Source: Chiloscyllium plagiosum | Lineage: Eukaryota | Length of the DNA: 64,000 nt | Assembly: GCF_004010195.1 (NCBI RefSeq) | Contig: NC_057749.1 | Location: forward strand, 7,611,936-7,675,935 | Direction of reading: 5' to 3' | Shown here: positions 25,941-37,679 of the stretch, piece after piece | Position numbering within the stretch: the first letter of the stretch is position 1 | How the letters are laid out: each line of letters starts with the position of its first letter | Notes under the pieces: generated by a model | Told to the model about the DNA's origin: nothing | Database searches by the model: none | What the model saw: only the letters and a program-made list of their open reading frames with translations | Made by a program: the position numbers and the translations under genes

Positions 25941-27294
25941 ATTAATAAATGACAAGCAAATTCTAATGGGCTTGATTGAAGAAAGTACTGTTTGAACAAA
26001 TATTTCAGACATTTGGCGAATTTACTTCTCCAGCATCTCTCTCATTTAAGTGCATCAATAAGGGATTTCTTTAACTGCATGTGATACATTGCAACTGTGC
26101 AAATGTTCTACCAGAGACTTCTTGAAAAATTGGCTTTTTCCTTTCTTTTCAGCTTTAATTTTATTTCCAATTTGTTTCTCTCTTCTTTACGATTGAGACC
26201 TTTAATGTATTGTTGCCCATTACAATATGTATCATATGCGTGTGCAAAATGATTTGTGAAAGCTTGCAATAGATTGCTATCTCTTCCATTCCATTCCACG
26301 TCTGATACAATCTATTGCCTTGAAGTCACATTTTTATCAGTTGTGGCCTCATAACGCATTCCTGTTGAACTCTTGGTTACATTTTATAGCCTTCAGATCT
26401 GCACTAATAGGTCTATTGTTATTCAATAAACCTTAGTCCATTGAACCCTAACAATAGATTTGATATATTCACAAACATTACAATGGGTTCAGTTCAAAAA
26501 GATGGATTTGAATAGAGTTATTACCGAGCTACCTTCCACAGACTTGGCAAACATACAGAAAGAAGTTCCTGCAGTGTCAAATAGTGTTGGAAATTGAGGA
26601 AAATTCAATGAAAGGAAAGGGTTGCACTTAATGGAATGCCTTAGCAGTCTTTTAGAGAAATGTCTCCATGTACAATTAATTGCTTCTACTGCACCTACTC
26701 CAGGGAAACAAGCGATAGTAGAGTCATGCTCTGAAAAATGATTGGACACAATGTGATGTATGATCAATCTATTTTGAGGGTAATAAAAAGGGAAGAGTGT
26801 TGACCAGGACATTGACACAGTTTCTTTGCCCCAGTAGTGGCATAGGATTATTAATATTTGGCAGACTGACTAGAACAGTTAAAACGGGACTTCAGTTTCA
26901 CCTCTCAACTAATGCTAAGGATGGAGTAGAATAAATAACGGAAGAGTGCCAAAAATTGAGCAGTACATAGTTTACTTCAATTTGTAGTTCTAGGTGGAAT
27001 GGGGCACTCATTCTTTCAATTGCATACTTAACAGGAGTCAAAAAAAAAGTTTTTACTTTCTCAAGCTCAGTTGTGTTACTGCTTTAGAAGTTTTAAAAAG
27101 CAAAGGTCCAAGGTGACACCACAAGGCCAACAGCCATGAGTACTCCAAACTGCAGCACTCAATTTTGAGAACGTGGAAGCATAAGTTGCATTTCAACTGT
27201 AAGTCATCAAATAGTGAAGCAAAATGGTTTGAGGTTTTCAAGTAGACTGAACCTACATTCCTTACTAATCCAGGAAAGGAAATCAGTCATCCTT

Positions 27295-27495
27295 GTTGGC
27301 TGGATGGCTGGTTTGGAATGTAAATAGATGTCAACAGTGTGGGTTCAATTCCTATACCAAGATGAGGTTACCACGAAAGTTCCACCTTCTCAAATTTTGT
27401 CCCTCACCTGATGCTTGTTAACCCTCAGGTGAAACCACCACCAGTCATCTCTCTCTGTTAAGAGAATGGTCCTCTGCGACTATGGTGACTTCACA
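27295..27495 (+). mobile_element. tRNA-derived SINE family D
   Basis: gttggctggatggctgg...gggttcaattcc B-box; tail gactatggtgacttcac. Confidence 0.7.
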
Positions 27496-29188
27496 GCGAC
27501 TTTAGTTAGTTCTGTGTTCAGAAATGCAACTCCAAAACACAAAAGTGTCTTGACATTTAGAAAGAATTCTTTTTTGGTTTTCAGGGGCACCTTTATGTTC
27601 TGACCAACCCCTTTATTAGATTAAAGTCACGTGGTAACAAAAAGCTCCTCTATTTATATTAACATATGAAGTATTTGACTCTCTCAGAAGTAGAATTAAA
27701 TCAGTCTCCTCAATTATTATCAAATCTGCATTCAAGTTAAAGCTACATCACAGAAGGAAATCATTAACTTCCTAGACTCTGCAGTTTTTAAATTGTCACA
27801 GGATAACAAGTATAAGGTTAGCAAAAGTACAGGCATAAGGGTAGCTAGAGATTTTGTTTTTGGCCTCCTAAAATATTTGGCACACATTTCTATGCACAAA
27901 GACAATCAACCTAAACATTCCTTCTATAGACTGTGAAGTCACAGAAAATGCACAAAGCTAGAAGTCTATGACTAGGCAGTTCTCATCCTTTTTAGTGTAA
28001 CTTGAATTTAAATCTGGAATTAAGGTCTACTATTAATAGTGTTCATTACAATGTAACAAATACATATACTAGGTCCTGGATCTACACAGCCTTAAGCTTG
28101 AGATTTTACATTAATTTTCAAGGAAATCATTGTTTCAGCGTGGAGATAGCCTGGCTCCCAGTTAGCTGAGCGTTCCTTTGCTGACAGGTCTGAAACCTTT
28201 CCCTCTCATGGACAGCTTCCCTCTACCTTCACCCACTTCTCACACTTCGCAGCAGACGGGTGAAAGGTTATCCGTGGTATGCAAGAATATGACGTATTTA
28301 GTTGAAACTTTATTGCTGGAACAGCACAGCAGGTCAGGCAGCATCCAGGGAACAGGTGATTCGACATTTCGGGCACAGGCCCTTCTTCAGGAATGAGCAG
28401 AGAGTGTTCAGCAGGAGAAGATAAAAGGTAGGGAGGAGGGACTTGGAGGAGGGGCGTTGGAAATGTGATAGGTGGAAAGAGGTCAAGGTGAGGGTGATAG
28501 GTCAGAGTAGGATGGAGGCGGAGAGGTCAAGAAGAAGACTGCAGGTCAGGAAGGCGGTGCCGGGCTGGAGGGATTCGGCTGAGACAAGGGGAGGGGGGAT
28601 GAAGAAACTGGTGAAGTCCAAGTTCATCCCCTGTGGTTGGAGGGTTCCCAGTAGGAAGATAAGACGCTCCTCCTCCGACCGTCGCGTTCTTGTGGTTTGG
28701 CGGTGGATGAGTCCAATGACCTGCATATCCTCGGTGGAGTAGGAGGGGGAGTTGAAATGCTGTGCTACAGGGTGATTGGGTTGATCTGGGCCACCCGGAC
28801 GAACCAACCCAACCACCCTGTAACACTGCCCCCTCCCACTCCACCGAGGATATGCAGGTCATTGGACTCATCCACCGCCAAACCACAACAACCCGACGGT
28901 CGGAGGAGGAGCGTCTTATCTTCCGACTGGGAACCCTCCAACCGCAGGGGATGAACTTGGACTTCACCAGTTTCTTCATCCCCCCTCCCCCCACCTTGTC
29001 TCAGCCGAATCCCTCCAGCCCAGCACCGCCTTCCTGACCTGCAGTCTTCTTCTTGACCTCTCCGCCTCCACCCTACTCCGACCTATCACCCTCACCTTGA
29101 CCTCTTTCCACCTATCACATTTCCAACGCCCCTCCTCCAAGTCCCTCCTCCCTACCCTTTACCTTCTCCTGCTGAACACTCTCTGCTC

Positions 29189-29224
29189 ATTCCTGAAGAA
29201 GGGCCTGTGCCCGAAACGTCGAAT
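29189..29224 (+). ncRNA. Minimal type I hammerhead ribozyme motif in the PLE tail
   Basis: ATTC (stem I) - CTGAAGA - A - GGGC ctgt GCCC (stem II) - GAAA - C GTC - GAAT (stem I'); stem III reduced to the palindrome ACGT. Confidence 0.8.
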
Positions 29225-29290
29225 CTCCTGTTCCCTGGATGCTGCCTGACCTGCTGTGCTGTTCCAGCAATAAAGTTTCAACTTTGATAT

Positions 29291-30214
29291 NNNNNNNNNN
29301 NNNNNNNNNNNNNNNNNNNNNNNNNNNNNNNNNNNNNNNNNNNNNNNNNNNNNNNNNNNNNNNNNNNNNNNNNNNNNNNNNNNNNNNNNNNNNNNNNNNN
29401 NNNNNNNNNNNNNNNNNNNNNNNNNNNNNNNNNNNNNNNNNNNNNNNNNNNNNNNNNNNNNNNNNNNNNNNNNNNNNNNNNNNNNNNNNNNNNNNNNNNN
29501 NNNNNNNNNNNNNNNNNNNNNNNNNNNNNNNNNNNNNNNNNNNNNNNNNNNNNNNNNNNNNNNNNNNNNNNNNNNNNNNNNNNNNNNNNNNNNNNNNNNN
29601 NNNNNNNNNNNNNNNNNNNNNNNNNNNNNNNNNNNNNNNNNNNNNNNNNNNNNNNNNNNNNNNNNNNNNNNNNNNNNNNNNNNNNNNNNNNNNNNNNNNN
29701 NNNNNNNNNNNNNNNNNNNNNNNNNNNNNNNNNNNNNNNNNNNNNNNNNNNNNNNNNNNNNNNNNNNNNNNNNNNNNNNNNNNNNNNNNNNNNNNNNNNN
29801 NNNNNNNNNNNNNNNNNNNNNNNNNNNNNNNNNNNNNNNNNNNNNNNNNNNNNNNNNNNNNNNNNNNNNNNNNNNNNNNNNNNNNNNNNNNNNNNNNNNN
29901 NNNNNNNNNNNNNNNNNNNNNNNNNNNNNNNNNNNNNNNNNNNNNNNNNNNNNNNNNNNNNNNNNNNNNNNNNNNNNNNNNNNNNNNNNNNNNNNNNNNN
30001 NNNNNNNNNNNNNNNNNNNNNNNNNNNNNNNNNNNNNNNNNNNNNNNNNNNNNNNNNNNNNNNNNNNNNNNNNNNNNNNNNNNNNNNNNNNNNNNNNNNN
30101 NNNNNNNNNNNNNNNNNNNNNNNNNNNNNNNNNNNNNNNNNNNNNNNNNNNNNNNNNNNNNNNNNNNNNNNNNNNNNNNNNNNNNNNNNNNNNNNNNNNN
30201 NNNNNNNNNNNNNN
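29291..30214. other. Assembly gap (924 N)
   Basis: Run of n. Confidence 1.
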
Positions 30215-30679
30215 TTCCTGATGAAGGGCTTTTGCCCGAAACATTGATTTTCCTGTTCCTCAGATGCTGCTTGACCTGCTGTGCTTTTCCAGCACCAATC
30301 TGATCTAAATAAACCATTGTCAGGTTGGGCTGTAGACCATGGAGGGATGAATGCTAAAAGAAGGGCCTGTGCCCGAAAGTCGAATCTCCTGTTCCCTGGA
30401 TGCTGCCTGACCTGCTGTGCTGTTCCAGCAATAAAGTTTCAACTTTGATCTCCAGCATCTGCAGACCTCACTTTCTCCTATGACGTATTTAGATCAGCTA
30501 TGGTCCCCCAGAAGCGTGTATTTCCCTATGTGCCTTTTGCTCATCCACACCCGACAGCTTCCCTTCACAACTCCTTCCTGCCCTCCACCTTGTTGTTGCC
30601 TCCTTCTCTCAACCCTCGCAAAGTGAGCTCCATCCCAGCCCCCCAGCTCCTCACCTCTGGCCGATGACTCCCACCGCCT

Positions 30680-30698
30680 GCGCCAGCAGGTGGCACCC
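30680..30698 (+). promoter_or_regulatory. Candidate CTCF binding site
   Basis: gcgCCAGCAGGTGGCAccc fits the CTCF core CCASYAGRKGGCR in unique GC-rich sequence. Confidence 0.55.
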
Positions 30699-31589
30699 CA
30701 ATGCTGCCATTCACCTTCCCAACACCTCGCTTCCCCTCCAAATCACAGGCTTCACCATCAAAACACAGGAGAGGAACGACCTGTGATTGGAGGATGGCCT
30801 TCACGGATTGTATCTCTCGCACGTACAGGAATGACTTTCCTCTGAATAGTAGCCCTTCCCAGCCCGGATTTTCATTTTTTGGGAGGTGGGGTCAGGGGTG
30901 GTGGGAGTACATTTGCCTGCCCAACAGTCCTGGGCTTCTCTCTGACAACTTGCCCTCATCCCTCACAAAGATAAACATAAGAGTAATTAGTGTGTCTGCC
31001 ATTTGCCCATTTCCAAGTCCATTTCTTGTGTCCATATTGGAGCGGCCCACATTACTCTTAGCTAACATTCTCTCAGTACCGCACCAGAGTTTAGCTGAGC
31101 AACTACAACCGTACTGTTCAGGAAAGTGAACAGGCTGAGCACTCGTGCCGTTTACTTTAGGAGATTTGCGTGTGCAGCCATGCATTAATTACAAAGCAAT
31201 TGTACATTGCAACAAGCAGTGTCCTGCGCAGTGACTAGAGCAGAGACATAGCTACTATGTTGCTCTACAATTCAAAGAGCAAACAGTTTTTGCAAGCATA
31301 TTGAAAGTGCTTTGGAACAGCTTAGATGACATTAAGAATGCTGTACACAAAGTTGTTATTTTAATTTCAAAAGAACAATCCTATTGCGACAACGTCATTT
31401 ACAATGTTCTTAACAGTGTCAAGAACAATTTGGAAACTGCCTGAATTCAATTCAGTTTGGCTTGAAATTGTTTAACGCATAGTGTCTTTTCCTCAGTTAT
31501 TTCCCATGAAAAACCTCATACCGTAGACTTCCATTCTGCCTTAAATTGCAGGCAGCAATCAAATGCGTGGAACACACAATTGACCTACT

Positions 31590-31780
31590 GGGAACAATTG
31601 ATTACCTGGTGGCAATATATTGCAGTTTGTGGGAGCTTGCTCGATGTAAATTGATTATGTGCTTGCTACGAGGCAACAATGACTAGCTTTCGAGAGGTGC
31701 ATCCATTGGCTGCAAAGCACTTGGGAGGTGTCCTGTGGTTTTGAAGAGGTGCTATAGGAATGCAGGTCCTTCTTTGTTGT
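31590..31780 (+). mobile_element. Deu-SINE fragment
   Basis: gattacctggt...ttgcagtttgtgggagcttgct...cattggctgcaaagcacttggga. Confidence 0.7.
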
Positions 31781-32255
31781 CTTGACTTTGCAATACCATT
31801 TTCAGATGAGCTTTGCGGCCAGACAAAATCTGCCTTAAGACCTCCAATAAATGAGATGCTCTTCGGTATTCTCTTTGGAAGGATTGCAAGAGATCTTCTT
31901 GACTGCGTTATTGGCAGCATCCTCCATCATTGTAAATGACACATACCCATTATTGTATCTTTCACACTTGAATTGGCTGAATTTCTGAGCAAGGCTTCAA
32001 AATATTGGAATTTTTTCTATGCTACAGACCATTTTACACAAACTTACATATTGCTTGTTAATGGAGTGGGATCTTTTATGTAGCCACACTGGAAACTCTA
32101 ACTTCAAAGTGCAAACTCATGTTCTGAATCAGTGTCTTCCATTCCATTGCTAACCTAATCCATGCATCATTGATTCAACAATGTTGGAAATAATAGACAG
32201 GAACATATCCAATGTCAATGTATCCTTACAGGGTATACTCTTTTACTACAATTCA

Positions 32256-32810
32256 GGGTAGCACGGTGGTTCAGTGGTTAGCACTGCTGCCCCACAGCAC
32301 CAGGGACCCGGGTTCAATTCCTGTCTCGGGCAATTGTCTGTGTGGAGTTTGCACATTCTCCCCGTGTCTGCGTGGGTTTCCTCTGGGTGCTCCGGTTGCC
32401 TCCCACAGTCACAAAGATGTGCAGTTCAGGTGAATTGGTCATACTAAATTGCCTGTAGTGTTAGGTGATGGGGCAAATGTATGGGAATGGGCCTGGGTAG
32501 GTTGCTCTTTGGCGGGTCGGTGTGGACTTGATGACCCGAAGGGCCTGTTTCCATACTGTCGGGAATCTAATTCCCTACACAGTCCAAAGATGTGCAGGCT
32601 AGTTGGATTGGCCACGGGAAATAGTCTAGCGTGTCCAGGGATGTACAGGTTAGGTGGATTTGTCATGGGAGATGGTCTATCTTGTCCAGGGATGTGCAGG
32701 TAAGGTGGATTAGCCATGGAAAATGTGCGGTTATAGGGTGGGAAGCTCTTTGGAGGGCCAGTGTGGACTCGATGGGCCGAATGGCCTCTTCCACACTATA
32801 GGGATTCTAT
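32256..32810 (+). mobile_element. HE1 SINE (32256-32570) abutting a 5'-truncated HE1 variant with a triplicated 51-bp unit
   Basis: Full head, V-domain and tail, then gatgt(g/a)cagg units starting at 32589, 32640 and 32691 and a second tail ending gggattctat. Confidence 0.88.
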
Positions 32811-33037
32811 AAACAGGGTCTTGGGTTTTGCCCTTTCCACAGCACTGGACCTCTGAGGCTAATGTTGCACTGCTTTGTCAACTCATTATGTCTGAAATCA
32901 GGTCACTTGGCATAGTCCAGAAAGTGAAAAAAGCTTCCACTACACACATCATGAACCAACTGAGCCAAGACATTAAACATACAGCACAGAACAAAGTCCC
33001 AGGGGTTTTCTGCTCCATTTGAGCATAAAAGAGGAAG

Positions 33038-33425
33038 GATGGCAGTGTGGTGGTAAGGTCACTGGGCTAGTAATCCAGAGACCCAGGCTAGTACTCTAAG
33101 GATACGGGTTCAAAATCCCAGCAAAGCAACTGGGAGAATTTAAACTCCATTAGCAAATATGGAACAAATGCCCGTCTTGGTACTGGATTATGAAGCTAAC
33201 TATCTGTCATCATAAAACTTCTTCTGGTTCCTTAATGCCCTTTAAGGAAGAAAATCTACAGTGCATACTTAATCCGACCTGCATGTGACTGTAGATCATA
33301 GAAATCTGATAGACTCTTAACAGCCCTCTGTAATCGACTAATAAGTCATTCAGTTCAATGGTATATAGAAATGGGCAATAAATGCTGGCCTGAACAGCAG
33401 TACAAACATCCCATAAAATAAATGA
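33038..33425 (+). mobile_element. tRNA-head SINE family B, full length
   Basis: ggcagtgtggtggtaa...gggttcaaaatccca head; tail gggcaataaatgctggcc...acatcccat. Confidence 0.8.
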
Positions 33426-33444
33426 GTTTCTTAAAATTATTAAG

Positions 33445-35170
33445 GCAAAATATTGCTAATCAAAAACTAAATCAAGCAGAACACTAGGAACTCAGCAGAT
33501 CAGGCAACACCTGTGGAGAGAGAAACAGAGTTAATGTTTTGGGTCTGGTGACCCTTCCTGAGAACTGATGGTAACTAGGCAAATGTCAGTTTAAATGCAG
33601 AAGTTAGGGTGGGGGGAGAGTAAATTATAGGTGGGGATAGAGCCCAAAGAGAGAGAAGAACAGTTGGACAGATGAAGGAGTGAATAACAATCTGGCTGGG
33701 AGGGTGAGTAGCTGTTAATGGAAACCATTGGTAGCTAACAATAGGTAGCATGCAATGGCAGACTATGTGATAACAAGGCCTGGTGTGTGGGGTAGGGGGC
33801 TAACATCTGGGAGAGTTCAGACCCTAACATTATTGAACTCGATATTGAGTCTGGAGAGCCGCAGTGTCACCAAGTAGAAAATGAGGGGTTGTTCTTCCAA
33901 CTTCAGCTGGGCTTCACTGGAGCACTGCAGCAAGCCTGAGACAGAGATGTTGACCAGGGAACAGGGTGGGGTGTTGAAGTGAAAGGCAGCTGGAAGCTCA
34001 GGGTCTTCTTTTGCAGACAGAACTTGGATGTCCTGCAAAGCTGTCATCCAGTCCACGTTTTGTTTCCCCACTGTAGAGGAGACCACACTCTGAACAGCGA
34101 ATGCAGGCGACGAGATTGCGAGAAGTGCAGATGAAGCACTGCTTCACGTGGAAGGTGTGTTTGGGCCCTTGGATACGGAGGAGGGAGGAGGGAGGAGGTA
34201 GATGGGCTGGCGTTACACCTTCGGCAGTTGCAGGGGAAGGTGTTGTGGGGCTGTTGGGAGCGAATGAAGAGTGGACCATGGTGTTTCAAAGGGAACAGTC
34301 CCTGAGGAAGGTGGAAAAGGGAGGGAAGGGGAAAGTTTCTCTGGAGGTGGCGGAAATGGTGGCTGATGATCTTCTAGATGTGGATGCTGGTGGAATGGTG
34401 GGTAAGGACAATGGGAACCCTATAGCTGTTGCAGGAGGGAGGAGAGGAGGGGAGTGTGAAAGCGCAGGAGATGGGTCAGACCTAGTTGAAGGTCCTGTTG
34501 ACAATGGTGCAGGGAAATCCTTGGTTGAGGAAGAAGGTGGACATTGCGAAGGCTCCTTTATCAAAGTTGTCTTCAAATTAACATATGCAGCGGAGACAAA
34601 GGAGCTGGGAGAATGGAATGGAGTCTTTACAGGAAGCAGGATACATATTCGAGGTAGCTATGGGAGTCCAGTCAGTGACCAGTCTATACCCAGAAATGGA
34701 AACAGAGATTCGAGGAAGGAAAAGGGGTGAGTCAGAGATAGACCAGATGAAAATGAGGCTAAGGTGGAAATTGAAAGCAAAGTTGATGAGCTTTTCCAAT
34801 TCTGGACAAGAGAGGGAAGCACTACCAATGATTAGATTAAAATAGATTAGATTTAGATTACATTACAGTGGGGAAACAGGCCCTTCAGCCCAACAAGTCC
34901 ACACCGACCCACCGAAGCGTAACCCACCCATACCCTTACATTTACCCCTTACCTAACAATACGGGCAATTTAGCATGGCCAATTCACCTGACCTGCACAT
35001 TTTTGGACTGTGGGAGGAAACCCACGCAGACACGGGGAGAACATGCAAACTCCACACAGTCAGTCGGCTGAGGCGGGAATTGAACCTGGGTCTATGGCGC
35101 TGTGAGGCAGCAGTGCTAACCACTGAGGAGGAAGAGTTGTGGGAATGGGCCAGAATAGGAGTGGAACAAT
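33445..35170 (-). mobile_element. Penelope-like retroelement 3' half (RT thumb, linker, GIY-YIG endonuclease, tail); degraded, with an HE1 inserted
   Basis: Frameshifted pieces LINFAFNFHLSLIFIWSIS, CKDSIPFSQLLCLRCIC, FICTSRNLVACIRCSECGLLYSGETKR, HFNTPPCS...LEEQPLIFYL..L...LNIEF. Confidence 0.9.
34830..35126 (-). mobile_element. HE1 SINE (young subfamily)
   Basis: Long (GATTA)n tail, V-domain and head. Confidence 0.92.
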
Positions 35171-35309
35171 ATCGAGTCTGGTGTGACTCTTGAGAACTTC
35201 CTACACTGCTTCATCTCAGCCACCAAAATATCCTGTTCTTCCTCTGTCCCAGATCCAGCTTCTCTTTAAGATCTATCCATACTGTTCTCTTCAACCCCGG
35301 GGGAGGGGC

Positions 35310-35630
35310 GTGAGGACAAGGGCCAGGTAGTCTTACCAATAAGTTCAGGTAATTTTCAGGGGACCTGGGTTCGAATCCCACCTCAGGTGATGGTGGAATT
35401 TGAATTCAATCGGAAAAAGAAAAATCAAGATTCTGATAACCATTGTCAGAAAGAAACCCACCTGGTTCAATAAGGTCCTTGAGGGAAGAAAACTGCCATC
35501 CTTACCTGGTCTGGCCTACATGTGACTCCAGATCCACAGCAATGTGATTGACTCTTAACTGCCCTCTGGCCAGTAGGGATGGGCAATAAATGATGGTCTA
35601 GCCAGTGATGCCCTCATGATGTAAATTAAA
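35310..35630 (+). mobile_element. tRNA-head SINE family B
   Basis: gggttcgaatccca B-box; core actgccatccttacctggtctggcctacatgtgactccag. Confidence 0.8.
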
Positions 35631-36699
35631 TTTTAAAGAAAACACCTATTCCAGCAGACAATTTTCAACATATTAACTCCTCTCTGGATGAAGTAGTTTG
35701 ATTTTTATTTATATTTTTAGCTAAATCTTGTTTCTTCACACAAAAGAATCACCTCAAAATTACTCTTTAGATAGATTAATGGCTATTTAATTTTGATGGT
35801 TCCCAATTTATGACTCCACCCACAAGCAGAACATCTTCTCTGTAGGGAATTCTTCCTAATAAATTCCAGTTTGGTTTCTCACCAAACATCCAAATCAAAT
35901 CTTTCAATGGAATGCACCTGCCAGATATATCCCAGCCTCATTAGTTGTGTAAATGCTGATTGTAATTGCAGGCTGCCAAAGTATTGACTAATCTGTGTAT
36001 TAAACTGCTCTCAACAAGTGTTTACAGCTCATGCAAGTGAATTAAATACTTTGTATATGCTTTAACCCCATGTACAACACTGTTTTCTGTTCTCTCTGTG
36101 AAATCTAGCCTCCTTTATTCCCATTTCTAGAGAATTCCCTCCGGATGAGTAACCATGTAAATAGAGACGTATCTCTCCCTGAATCGGACCTTCCAGTCTA
36201 CTTGACAGTTTGTAGAATTAGCTCCTCAGCAATTCAATATTACGATGACAAAACCTTGAACCTGCATGAAATTCAACATCTTTCTTTAACAGGATTGAAT
36301 GCGTCTTCACGAGCATTCACTATTTGATCGTCAATGGCTCTTTTTAAAGAAAAGGTTCCCTGAAGAAACCACATCAGTATCTTCAGGGAATGTGAGGTGA
36401 TCAGATCACTCCCAATGCCAACTAAAATAGAGGTAACCCCTTTATTGTTCTTCAAGCAGATTACTGGGCATGCTCAGGATTATCAGGAATACACTGTTTT
36501 GGAGGTGTGTAAAAGGTGGAATAGAGTCAAGCACCAATTATTCTCACTCCATTAAATACCTAAGTGAGAAATCTCCATGCTGACGGGTGTGGAAGCTTAA
36601 AGCTCTTGTAAACCCATTCCTTCATGTTATTTCTATATATATATCAAGCGTTAATGCTGCTCCAGGTTGTGAACCCATTTCTTTACTTCCTTTCGGCTT

Positions 36700-37270
36700 T
36701 AAATTGTTCCATTCTCTCCCCTCCCCCAACTCCATGTCCTCTCTCCCCTCCCCCAACTCCATTGGGACTGTTCTTTCAAGGTAGAGAAGCAGGAGGCTAG
36801 GAGAACACAGCAGGCCAGACAGCATCAGGAGGTGGAGAATTCGACATTTCGGGTGTAACCCTTCTGCTTGACGCTGCCTGGCCTGCCGAATTCTCCCAGC
36901 CTCCTGCTGGTCTACTTTGAATTCCAGCATCAGCTGCCCATCAGCCATGATTGAGTGGCGGAGTGGACTCGATGGGCCGAATGGCCTTACTTCCGCTCCT
37001 ATGTCTTATGGTCTTATCTGCAGTTTTTTCTTGCCTCTAAATTCTTTCCAGTCTGGCAGTTAGACACACTATTGTTCTTCCATTCTCACATTCCGATCAC
37101 TTAATCTGCACTACAAGCCTTTCTCTCCCAACACTCCACCCCTCCCACTATTGTATAAATGCTGCCCCCTTCACACTTCATGTCAGCTCTCATGGAGAGT
37201 CACCTCAACTTGAACCTTGTTATCTCTCCATGGATGCTGCCTGACCTGCTGCTATTTCCAGCCTTTTTTT
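36700..37270 (+). mobile_element. Composite of PLE tails: a host tail containing a fold-back PLE mini-element (~36782-36932) and a short CR1 3' tail (~36938-37016)
   Basis: Inverted arms agcaggaggctaggagaa / ttctcccagcctcctgct; CR1 tail gggccgaatggccttacttccgctcctatgtcttatgg; 27-bp tandem duplication at ~36713-36762. Confidence 0.65.
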
Positions 37271-37679
37271 TTAATGCTGTTGTATGTGGTTATAGTTCTA
37301 AACGAGTCAATACTGGAGTTGCATTAGCTTCGCCCAGTCTGATGAGGTGACTGAGTCTGTGGTAAGGGTGCTGGAGTCAAAGTTTTACACCAGCCTTCAT
37401 AGGGAACAGATTTATTCTGTACAGCTTTTAAGAGTCCTCCTGATTCTGCCTAACTGGTGATGAAATTGTACTTACTGCTATCATGCAAGAAACATCTTGT
37501 TAATTAAGAACAGTGCCCTTCCTGTAAAAAGGGTTAATCAGGGCTTCAGTCACTGACCATGGATCCAATAACCATGTGCTTAATTTACAATTGTTTTGAA
37601 TTTGTCTTTTGACTTCCCATGGATGAGCAAAGACCTCATTCTAAGGGTATGGGACAAGTGAGGTACAGTCTGTATTTTT

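Larger units (their letters stand above)
28302..30478. mobile_element. Penelope-like element insertion with inverted 3' ends (GIY-YIG C-terminus plus tail) and a 14-bp TSD
   Basis: Arms 28302-28789(-) and 28790-29282(+) both encode HPV..HFN...DMQVIGL...EEERLIFRLGTLQPQGMNLDF; TSD tatgacgtatttag at 28288-28301 and 30479-30492. Confidence 0.9.

Noticed and set aside
28302..29282. Large inverted repeat read as DNA-transposon TIRs or a sequencing fold-back
   Set aside because: The arms encode a PLE GIY-YIG C-terminus and differ from each other; the 14-bp TSD fits a PLE insertion
29159..30317. Three 350-376-aa ORFs in the track
   Set aside because: Artefacts of translating the N gap
32256..32330. 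tRNA-like sequences (also at 42560, 33040, 57500)
   Set aside because: These are SINE heads with A/B boxes followed by SINE bodies, not tRNA genes
32589..32740. Regularly spaced repeats resembling a CRISPR array
   Set aside because: Vertebrate DNA; the whole 51-bp units are homologous (no unique spacers) and lie within HE1
34101..34730. 209-aa + strand ORF
   Set aside because: Antisense to the degraded Penelope ORF; no independent coding signal
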